Assembly (NCBI GenBank): GCA_000154345.1
Contig: DS480348.1
Span: forward strand, 324,832-356,831
From: [Clostridium] leptum DSM 753
GTDB lineage: Bacteria; Bacillota; Clostridia; Oscillospirales; Acutalibacteraceae
Length of the DNA stretch: 32,000 nucleotides
Reading direction: 5' to 3'
Part shown: positions 8,887 to 16,077 of the stretch, one piece after another
Numbering within the stretch: position 1 is the stretch's first letter
Layout of the letters: each line of letters opens with the position of its first letter
Position numbers and translations under genes: made by a program
Notes under the pieces: generated by a model
Seen by the model: only the letters and a program-made list of their open reading frames with translations
What the model was told of the DNA's origin: nothing
Database searches by the model: none

Positions 8887-8915
8887 ATGATATCCATTTT
8901 TGAGGGAAAAGTCAA
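8887..8915 (-). promoter_or_regulatory. Sigma-A-type promoter of the small membrane peptide gene
   Basis: On the minus strand: TTGACT (8915-8910), 17-nt spacer, TATCAT (8892-8887). Confidence 0.55.
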
Positions 8916-9123
8916 CGCAAAATTCGTGAACAGTTGATAAATTATGGAAGTCCGCCGCTGTAAGCCGGTAGGTAAGCTGCCGCTGGCGAAAATAGAGCGG
9001 AAGCCTAGCTGTATTCAGCTTTTTGCATTCTGTCGGGGCGTCTTGCGCCCCTGCTGCTTGGCGGCAGCGAGACAAAACAAAAAAGCAGGGCATAAAGCTC
9101 TGCTTTTCACGTTTTAGTTTCCC

Positions 9124-9384
9124 TTAGGCGGAAGCATTCAGCTTGCGAGCAAGGGCGGACTTTTTTCTGGCAGCTGTATTCTTATGCAGAATACCCTTAG
9201 CGGTGGCCTGGTCGATTTTCTTGATCGCAGCGCGCACGGCCTCGGTTTTATCGGCAGCGCCGGCTTCGATAGCCAGATCAGCCTTTTTCACCGCTGTTTT
9301 TAAAGCAGAGTTATAAGACTTATTCCGAAGAGTTTTGGTGGCGATTACTTTTACTCTCTTTTTCGCAGATTTGATGTTTGGCAT
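9124..9384 (-). CDS. rpsT: 30S ribosomal protein S20
   Basis: [13 protein letters not shown]... is canonical S20. AAAGGAGGTG RBS precedes the ATG at 9384. Confidence 0.95.
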   Translation of the reverse strand: MPNIKSAKKRVKVIATKTLRNKSYNSALKTAVKKADLAIEAGAADKTEAVRAAIKKIDQATAKGILHKNTAARKKSALARKLNASA

Positions 9385-9419
9385 GGTCACACCTCCTTTG
9401 CTCATGGTCGCTTCAATTT

Positions 9420-9448
9420 ATGATACCATTTTTCTTTCGCTTTGGCAA
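9420..9448 (-). promoter_or_regulatory. Sigma-A-type promoter of rpsT
   Basis: On the minus strand: TTGCCA (9448-9443), 17-nt spacer, TGgTATCAT extended -10 (TATCAT at 9425-9420). Confidence 0.55.
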
Positions 9449-9478
9449 GAGATTTTTCTGGATTTTTCAAAAAAACCA

Positions 9479-9507
9479 GCATATCCGGCCCAGGTTTCCC
9501 CATAATA
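9479..9507 (+). promoter_or_regulatory. Forespore (sigma-F/sigma-G-type) promoter of gpr
   Basis: GCATA (9479-9483), 17-nt spacer, CATAATA (9501-9507). This matches the Bacillus sigma-G consensus GHATR-N17/18-CATnnTA, ~54 nt upstream of the gpr ATG. Confidence 0.55.
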
Positions 9508-9560
9508 AGGATGAAAATAGAACCGGATTTTTAGTATAGCATATTAGGAGGAATTTCGCA

Positions 9561-10436
9561 ATGGTTTTCCGCACGGATTTAGCAGTGGAGGCCCGGGAGC
9601 TTTTAGAAAAGGATATCGGCGGCACGGATTATTTTACCCAGCGGTATGGAGACGTAACCCTGACCCGTCTAAAAATCAAAACACCGGAGGCTGCCGGCAA
9701 GATGGGCAAGCCGGAGGGAACGTACCTGACCTTTGACGTTCCCCCCTTCAGCGATGATTTTCGGGATCCCGCCGCTCGAATTGAGCTGATCGGAAAGGAA
9801 CTGGCGTCTCTGCTGCCCCAGCGGGGGCTGATTTTGGTAGCGGGACTGGGAAACACGGAGATCACTCCGGATAATCTGGGACCGAAAACCGCGAAAGGAG
9901 TCTTAGCCACCCGGCACATTACCGGAGAGCTGGCCCGGAGCACTGGGCTTGATGATTTAAGACCGGTGGCGGTGCTGGCTCCGGGCGTGCTGGGGCAGAC
10001 TGGCATAGAAACCGGGGAGCTGCTCTACAGCGTTACCCAAAAGCTCCGCCCGGCCGCGCTGATCGTGGTGGACGCCTTGGCCTCCCGAAGGCTGGATCGT
10101 CTGGGCTGTACCGTCCAGGTGTCGGATACAGGGATCAGCCCGGGATCAGGGGTGGGAAACGCCAGGCCTAAAATCGACCGTCAGACTATGGGAGTACCGG
10201 TGGTGAGTATGGGAGTGCCTACGGTAGTGGATGCCATGACCCTTGCCGCGGACCTGCTGGGGAGGGAGGAGGCGGGAATGGAAGAAGAAATTTCTCCCCG
10301 TGGAGAGCCTATGGTGGTGACGCCCAGGGAAATCGACCTGCTGATCGACCGGGCGGCCAAGCTGGTGAGCATGGCGATTAACCATGCGCTCCAGCCCTCC
10401 TTTACCTTGGAGGATCTGGGAACCCTGGTGTCATAA
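9561..10436 (+). CDS. gpr: Germination protease (GPR endopeptidase)
   Basis: MVFRTDLAVEA start, ~290 aa. The conserved position after rpsT and before spoIIP matches Bacillus and Clostridium. AGGAGG RBS. Confidence 0.9.
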   Translation: MVFRTDLAVEARELLEKDIGGTDYFTQRYGDVTLTRLKIKTPEAAGKMGKPEGTYLTFDVPPFSDDFRDPAARIELIGKELASLLPQRGLILVAGLGNTEITPDNLGPKTAKGVLATRHITGELARSTGLDDLRPVAVLAPGVLGQTGIETGELLYSVTQKLRPAALIVVDALASRRLDRLGCTVQVSDTGISPGSGVGNARPKIDRQTMGVPVVSMGVPTVVDAMTLAADLLGREEAGMEEEISPRGEPMVVTPREIDLLIDRAAKLVSMAINHALQPSFTLEDLGTLVS

Positions 10437-10547
10437 TCCAGCTCTTTCAGGCATAAGCATTAGAGAGTTTTTGAGGAACGGGCAGACGGCACGGCTCCGC
10501 ACAAAAGCTCTTTCTTTTCACAAAAATGCCGAAAGGGTGGGGAAACG

Positions 10548-11756
10548 GTGAGGATTCGGAATCCAAAAATTAAGCGTGCCCTTATGACGGGGATGGCTTG
10601 TCTAAGCACGGTGATCGCGGTGCTCAGCTTTACGCTCAAGCTGCCCCAGGCCTTTCTGGATGGACAAAATTCCCTTTCGGTTTTGGCGGCGGGGCTTACC
10701 GCGCCGGACGGCGCCAGGAATCTCTTTGCCCAGAGGGCTCCGGAAAACACGGAAGCCCAGTCTCAATTAGGACAGGAGACGGCGGGTTCTCAGCCTTCTC
10801 AGCCGAAGGAGAGCAGCTCCTCAGCCAGTCCGTCCTCTCAGGCGTCATCCTCTCAGGCCTCCAGTTCTGAAAGCGCTTCATCCTCTCAGCCGGAAGAACC
10901 CAGTGAAAACTCCGAGAATCCCGGCGGGGAAGTGCCCTATACCGGCGGCCCTCTGGAGGAAGGAGAGGCGGCCTATCCGATCAATGAGGTGCAGATCGGT
11001 CCCAGCGGAACTCAATATGAGAATTTCAGCATCAAAAGCACCTGCCAGACCCAAATCGATATTGGAGCGGAACTGGCGAAAAGGCCCGATGTGAATATCC
11101 AAAAAAACGGAGAGCCGGAGGTGCTGATTATGCACACTCACACCTGCGAGGCGTATCTGGACATCGACACAGGACAATATCCGGAAAGCTTCTACCCCAG
11201 AACGACCGACGAGCGCTACAGTGTGGTGGCGGTGGGGGACGCGATTACGCAGACGCTGAACGACGCTGGCATCGGTACGCTCCACGATAAAACCATCCAC
11301 GATAATCCCAGCTACAACGGCTCCTATTACCGTTCGGAGCAGACTGTCAAGGACGATCTGGCCGAGTACCCTGGCATCCAGGTGGTTTTAGATATCCACC
11401 GGGACGCGCTGGGGAATAACGAGACGGGAAAAACCAAGCCGACCTTTGTGGTGGATGGGAAAAAAGCCGCCCAGATTATGATTATCGCAGGCTGTGATGA
11501 CGACGGAACCTGGGAGTTCCCAGATTGGGAATATAATCTGCGCTTAGCGCTGCAGATTCAGCAGACGGCGGAGACTATGTACCCGGGAATGACCAGGCCC
11601 ATGAATTTTTGTCCCTCGCAATACAATATGCACCTGACCCATGGTTCCCTGCTGATCGAAGTGGGAACCGACGCCAACACCATCGAAGAGGCTACCTATA
11701 CCGGAGAACTGCTGGGCAACGTGCTGGCCAGCGTGCTGAATCAATTGCAAGGCTAG
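10548..11756 (+). CDS. spoIIP: Stage II sporulation protein P
   Basis: GTG start after GGGTGGGG. N-terminal membrane anchor, a Ser-rich linker, then a SpoIIP amidase-like core (LIMHTHTCEAY, VLDIHRDA, IMIIAG, LIEVG). Confidence 0.9.
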   Translation: MRIRNPKIKRALMTGMACLSTVIAVLSFTLKLPQAFLDGQNSLSVLAAGLTAPDGARNLFAQRAPENTEAQSQLGQETAGSQPSQPKESSSSASPSSQASSSQASSSESASSSQPEEPSENSENPGGEVPYTGGPLEEGEAAYPINEVQIGPSGTQYENFSIKSTCQTQIDIGAELAKRPDVNIQKNGEPEVLIMHTHTCEAYLDIDTGQYPESFYPRTTDERYSVVAVGDAITQTLNDAGIGTLHDKTIHDNPSYNGSYYRSEQTVKDDLAEYPGIQVVLDIHRDALGNNETGKTKPTFVVDGKKAAQIMIIAGCDDDGTWEFPDWEYNLRLALQIQQTAETMYPGMTRPMNFCPSQYNMHLTHGSLLIEVGTDANTIEEATYTGELLGNVLASVLNQLQG

Positions 11757-11969
11757 GCTTAAAAGCGGGAGTTTTTACAGCCGGGGCCTATGATTATTGA
11801 TGTATGATGAAAATAAGGAAAGCGGGCAGTTCTTTAGAGAGATCTCTGTCTAAGGGGATAGCCAGCCAAGAGGCTTCTCGGCAGCGGCATTTGGGATCAC
11901 ATGACGGGAAAACCGGATCGGCCGTCCGGCTTTCCCGTCCCGATTTATTGAAACAGAAAGGACGTTTTT

Positions 11970-12260
11970 TTGGACAGACGTAAAAAACAAAAGGAAATCT
12001 TTTTTACAGGCTTCTGTGTAACTCTTATCCTGGCGGCGGCCCTGGGGGCGTTTCTGTGCGTGGATAATACCCTGTCCGCCGAGGGCTTTGACGGGGGCGG
12101 ATTTGCCCGAAGCGCCCTGTCGCTGTGGGATCATGCTGAACAGTGGGTTGGGGCCATTGGAGGGACAATAAAAATCGGGGCGGAACGGATTGTAAATTTT
12201 CTGAAACATTTTTTTCAACAATTGGGAAATTTGTTGCATTGCGTCGGTTCTGTGCTATAA
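11970..12260 (+). CDS. Hypothetical small membrane-anchored protein (occupies the yqxA position after spoIIP)
   Basis: 96 aa with a TTG start, a basic N-terminus and one TM segment. I recognised no motif. A promoter-like sequence overlaps its 3' end. Confidence 0.45.
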   Translation: MDRRKKQKEIFFTGFCVTLILAAALGAFLCVDNTLSAEGFDGGGFARSALSLWDHAEQWVGAIGGTIKIGAERIVNFLKHFFQQLGNLLHCVGSVL

Positions 12261-12261
12261 T
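12234..12261 (+). promoter_or_regulatory. Sigma-A-type promoter with extended -10
   Basis: TTGCAT (12234-12239), 16-nt spacer, TGcTATAAT (TATAAT at 12256-12261). It overlaps the stop codon of the previous ORF and lies ~95 nt upstream of the GTG at 12354. Confidence 0.5.
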
Positions 12262-12353
12262 ATAACGTGGAAATACATGGGATTTTTTTTTGATTAAAAG
12301 CAAGGATTGCATGGATTTAAAATAAGGGGTTTGTAACTTGGAGGTTAGAAAGC

Positions 12354-13049
12354 GTGAACGTAAAAAAGTGGACTGCGTTATGCGTTACAATATTATTGAT
12401 GCTCAGCTTTGTCTGTGCCATGCCCGCTTGGGCGGAGGACGAAAGCGAGGGTGCCTCACCGTCTTCCAGCCAGGCGGTCAGCGAGGAGACTTCTCAGGAA
12501 CCGCCGTCCTCCACGCCTTCTGCGGCTTCCAGCAGTTCAGAAGCATCCTCGACGCCTGCTCCGGCGCCGTCTTCCACCCAACAAGTGGAGCCTGCGCCCC
12601 CAGCCTCCTCCGCGGCCCCGGAACCAACCCCGGAGCCATCCTCCAGCGAGCCTGCGTATTATGAGGAACCGGCCGCCGTCTCTAGTGAAGCGTCCTCCTC
12701 GCGGGCTTCATCCTCGTCTAGGGCGTCTTCATCCAGAAAGCCGGTTTCCAGCGCTGTCAGCATGCCGGAGGTGGGCTCAAAGGTTTATTCCATTCCCGAC
12801 CTGCTCGGCTCCGGCGTAGAGGTTACCAAGGTGGACCAGCGGACAAAGATTTTAGGAATTTTGGCCTGGGTTCTTATTGCTCTGGGCATTGTCATCGTTC
12901 TGGTGGTGCTGTTCAGCAACAACCGCAGAGGCGGTCCCAGAAACAGAAACGTGGGCCGGAAACGCTATCATCGCCGCAGCAGCCGTACAGGGAAAAAGCG
13001 CCTTTTGGATGATAAGTATTATCGCGGAAAATATGGAAGATACCGCTGA
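12354..13049 (+). CDS. Secreted, C-terminally anchored Ser/Pro/Ala/Glu-rich low-complexity protein, hypothetical
   Basis: GTG start 9 nt after GGAGG. Signal peptide ends ...AMPAWA-ED, followed by ~140 aa of S/P/A/E-rich sequence, one C-terminal TM segment (ILGILAWVLIALGIVIVLVVLF) and an Arg/Lys-rich tail. A terminator follows. Confidence 0.65.
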   Translation: MNVKKWTALCVTILLMLSFVCAMPAWAEDESEGASPSSSQAVSEETSQEPPSSTPSAASSSSEASSTPAPAPSSTQQVEPAPPASSAAPEPTPEPSSSEPAYYEEPAAVSSEASSSRASSSSRASSSRKPVSSAVSMPEVGSKVYSIPDLLGSGVEVTKVDQRTKILGILAWVLIALGIVIVLVVLFSNNRRGGPRNRNVGRKRYHRRSSRTGKKRLLDDKYYRGKYGRYR

Positions 13050-13055
13050 CCGAGT

Positions 13056-13090
13056 AAAAATCCCCGACTCACTGAGCTGGGGATTTTTTA
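13056..13090 (+). terminator. Rho-independent terminator
   Basis: aaaaatcccc ... ggggattttt stem followed by a T-run, immediately after the stop at 13049. Confidence 0.65.
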
Positions 13091-13584
13091 ATGCCGGCTT
13101 AAAAGCGATAAAGCCCTGCCGGAGCTGACGGCGGAGAAAGGCTCTGTCTAAAAAAGGGCCTCGGAAAAAGGAAGCTGAAAGTAAGCTGTGGTAATTGTAA
13201 GCGGCCGCTGTTAAACGGAATTCGTTCGTGCGGAGCTGCCGTGTATCAGAACAGCGTTTTGTCCGGCGCCTTTGAGAGCCGAAAAATAAAAAACGCGGGC
13301 TTCTCGGCTGCAAGATAGATTTGGCTGGACCCAGTGAAGCAGGAAGCGCCGCAAGCAGAGGAAGAAATTTGCGCTGCGGAAGCGAAAGGATAGAAATCAG
13401 GAAAAACGGCTGGGAAATCCCGCGCGTCATGTCCTGATAAAGTAATGGGAATGACTTTGATAGGCGCGGGTCTATCGTGCGCCATTAAAATAGAGTGAAT
13501 CTCCTTTGTGAGATAGCGCTGCAAAAGACTTTTCCGCGATCCGAACGACCCGCTGTTTTTGAGAAAGAGGTGTTAAAGGGCGGC

Positions 13585-14763
13585 ATGGAACTGCCAAATT
13601 GGGGCATTAAGCTGATCAGGCGATTGGAAGAGAAGGGCTTTGAGGCCTATGCGGTGGGTGGATGCGTTCGGGATATGCTTCTTGGGAAAAAACCGGAGGA
13701 TTACGATTTCGCCGTTTCAGCCTTGCCGGACGAAACAAAGCAGGCTCTGAACGGCGTGCCGGTTTTTGATACCGGACTGCGGCACGGTACCGTGACCGCT
13801 GTGGTGGACGGACATGCGGCGGAGATCACGACCTACCGGACTGAAAGCGGCTATTCTGATTTTCGAAGGCCGGATAAGGTAGGCTTTACCCGGTCGCTCA
13901 GTGAAGACCTTTCCCGCCGGGATTTCACGGTGAACGCCATGGCGTTTCATCCGGAAAGAGGCTTGGTGGACTGTTTTGGAGGAAAGGAAGATCTAAAAAA
14001 TCGAATTTTAAAGTGTGTTGGAGAGCCCGAAAGGCGGTTCCGGGAGGATGCCTTACGGATTCTCCGGTGCCTGCGCTTTTCCTCGGCGCTGGAATTTGCC
14101 ATAGAGGAGGATACAAGGCAGGCTTTGCTGAAGCATCGGGAGCTGTTGAAAAAGATCGCGCCGGAAAGGCTTCAGGCGGAATTTTCCAAGCTGATCTTGG
14201 GAGAGTGGGCGGAACAGGTGCTGACAGAGTATCTCCCGGTTTTCCAGGTGTTTTTGCCGGAGGCAGGCCAGCGCCGGAGTGCCTTGAGCTGGCTGCCGGC
14301 GGAAAAAAAGCTCCGGCTGGCCGGCGTCTTTTCCGGCTGTACTCCCGATGAGACCGCGCGGGCGCTGGAAAGGCTGCGGTATGATGGAAAAACCATCCGA
14401 ACAGTCACGACGTTAGAGCGGTACCGACAAGTCCCCCTTGAGACTGACAGGAGACAGGCGAGAAAATTAGTTTTCCTCTTAGGAATGGAAACGGCGGAGG
14501 AGCTTCTTCGTTTTCGTGAGGAACCAGAGCTTTTGAAATGGCTGGAGGTAATCCGCGGTCAGGGGCTGTGCTGTTCCTTAAGCCAGCTGTCCGTCAACGG
14601 AGAAGACCTGATCCGATTGGGATACCCTGAGGGGAAAGGAATCGGAAAAGCGCTCAACCGGCTGCTCCAGCTGGTGCTGGATGAGACGCTGGAAAACCAA
14701 AAGGAGCTTCTTTTAAAAAAAGCAAAAAGCTGGATGAAGTTGGATTGCTGGCAGCAGAAATAG
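13585..14763 (+). CDS. cca: CCA-adding enzyme (tRNA nucleotidyltransferase)
   Basis: GGCVRDMLLGKKPEDYDF, RRDFTVNAMA and ALRILRCLRF motifs of class II nucleotidyltransferases. The ATG at 13585 is preferred over the ORF-track start at 13495. Confidence 0.85.
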   Translation: MELPNWGIKLIRRLEEKGFEAYAVGGCVRDMLLGKKPEDYDFAVSALPDETKQALNGVPVFDTGLRHGTVTAVVDGHAAEITTYRTESGYSDFRRPDKVGFTRSLSEDLSRRDFTVNAMAFHPERGLVDCFGGKEDLKNRILKCVGEPERRFREDALRILRCLRFSSALEFAIEEDTRQALLKHRELLKKIAPERLQAEFSKLILGEWAEQVLTEYLPVFQVFLPEAGQRRSALSWLPAEKKLRLAGVFSGCTPDETARALERLRYDGKTIRTVTTLERYRQVPLETDRRQARKLVFLLGMETAEELLRFREEPELLKWLEVIRGQGLCCSLSQLSVNGEDLIRLGYPEGKGIGKALNRLLQLVLDETLENQKELLLKKAKSWMKLDCWQQK

Positions 14764-14789
14764 TCAAAATAGTATAATACGGAATTAAT

Positions 14790-14828
14790 ATTACAATTTG
14801 TAATTTTAAAATAAATACTAATTGTATT
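14790..14828. promoter_or_regulatory. Two perfect palindromes in the AT-rich region upstream of the MBL gene (candidate operators)
   Basis: ATTACAA-T-TTGTAAT (14790-14804) and AATAC-TAATT-GTATT (14814-14828), 20-58 nt upstream of the ATG at 14848. Confidence 0.35.
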
Positions 14829-14847
14829 ATATAAAAGGAGAAGTACA

Positions 14848-15810
14848 ATGAGAAGAATGTCAAGAAGGCGGAAAAGCACTTTGTTCTCCGCAGTCATCGT
14901 GGCTATCGCTGCGCTTTGCACTTATTTTTTTATGGGAGGCCCGGAGCTTTCCGATCAGAAAACAGAGCCTCAGACAGGGGAAGGGCAGGCGGTTTCTATC
15001 CCCGCGCCGGAGAAGGGGCGCGAGCTGCAAATTCAATACTTAGATGCTGGGCAAGCAGACGCGACGCTGATTCGCCTGCCCAACGGGCAGACTATGCTCA
15101 TTGATGCCGGCGGCAACGCTACGGCTGACCGGCTGGTGGAATACATAGCGAAGCAAGGCGTCAAGCGGATCGATTTTTTGATCGGCACGCACCCCCATGA
15201 GGATCATATCGGCGGGCTGGATAAGGTGATCGAGGCTTTTGACATTGGGGAGATTTATCTTCCTAAGGTGGCGGACAGCCAGGTTCCAACCACCAGGACC
15301 TACGAGGACGTGCTGGCCGCTGTGGATCAGAAGGGGCTGAGGGTAAACCGGGGTGCGGCTGGAACAGTGCTGTTCCAAAGAGATGAGCTTTCCGCCCGGC
15401 TTTTGGCGCCTAATAGTGACGCCTACGACGAGCTGAACAGCTATTCCATTGTGGTATTGCTAACCTATGGAGAAAGAAAATTCCTATTTATGGGAGACGC
15501 TGAATCAGACTCTGAACAGGAAATCCTGGAGCGCTTCGGTAATGTAACGGCGGATGTGCTGAAATGCGGCCACCATGGAAGCTCCACATCCACCAGCCAG
15601 GCGTTTTTGGATCGTGTGTCGCCGGAATATGCCGTTATTTCCTGCGGGAGGGATAATTCCTACGGCCATCCTCATCAGGAGACGCTGGAAAGGCTGGACC
15701 GGAAAAACGTAACGGTTTACCGCACAGATCAGCAGCATACGGTGATCGCCTCCTGTGATGGAGAAAAGCTGACGCTTGACGCCGTCGATATATCTTTAGA
15801 AAAAGATTAG
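14848..15810 (+). CDS. Membrane-anchored metallo-beta-lactamase fold hydrolase (ComEC/Rec2-related MBL domain only)
   Basis: N-terminal TM segment. LDAGQADATLI and the HxHxDH motif (GTHPHEDHIGG) plus CGHHGS are typical of the ComEC C-terminal domain. AAGGAG RBS. Confidence 0.8.
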   Translation: MRRMSRRRKSTLFSAVIVAIAALCTYFFMGGPELSDQKTEPQTGEGQAVSIPAPEKGRELQIQYLDAGQADATLIRLPNGQTMLIDAGGNATADRLVEYIAKQGVKRIDFLIGTHPHEDHIGGLDKVIEAFDIGEIYLPKVADSQVPTTRTYEDVLAAVDQKGLRVNRGAAGTVLFQRDELSARLLAPNSDAYDELNSYSIVVLLTYGERKFLFMGDAESDSEQEILERFGNVTADVLKCGHHGSSTSTSQAFLDRVSPEYAVISCGRDNSYGHPHQETLERLDRKNVTVYRTDQQHTVIASCDGEKLTLDAVDISLEKD

Positions 15811-15890
15811 GGGGCTTTATCGTTTTGCAACTATTGCGGTTCCATAAATTCTTCCTAAGTTTTATTTATCAATCGTCACACTGTTTTTAT

Positions 15891-15918
15891 AAGAGGCCCC
15901 GCTGGGGCCTCTTTTTTA
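15891..15918 (+). terminator. Rho-independent terminator
   Basis: aagaggcccc/ggggcctctt stem followed by TTTTTT. Confidence 0.75.
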
Positions 15919-16018
15919 TTCATCATCCCCTTATTTTCATGTTTGATTTGATTCAGCCTGCTGCTAGGTGTGGTTTATTTACACAACAAGTTTTGAGAAT
16001 TTATCGGTCTCCGCAAAA

Positions 16019-16052
16019 TCCGACAGGAAAAATATGGAATAAGACTTATAAT
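16019..16052 (+). promoter_or_regulatory. Candidate spoIIE promoter: TATAAT -10 with a near-consensus Spo0A box at the -35 position
   Basis: TATAAT (16047-16052) with no good -35 hexamer. TCCGACA (16019-16025) differs at one position from the reverse 0A box TTCGACA. Confidence 0.35.
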
Positions 16053-16077
16053 GGGGGCATATGATAAAGGTTGGTGA

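Noticed and set aside
12338-12819. Two further long forward-frame ORFs (12338-12664 and 12409-12819) overlapping the Ser/Pro-rich gene.
   Set aside because: They are a by-product of low-complexity GC-rich repeats. Only the 12354 frame has an RBS, a signal peptide and a TM anchor.
12852-13430. 192-aa minus-strand ORF, and the 92-aa ORF at 13246-13524, within the 13-kb intergenic tract.
   Set aside because: The first overlaps the 3' end of the 12354-13049 gene and its terminator. Its composition is implausible (Arg/Ser/Leu/Phe-rich) and it has no RBS.
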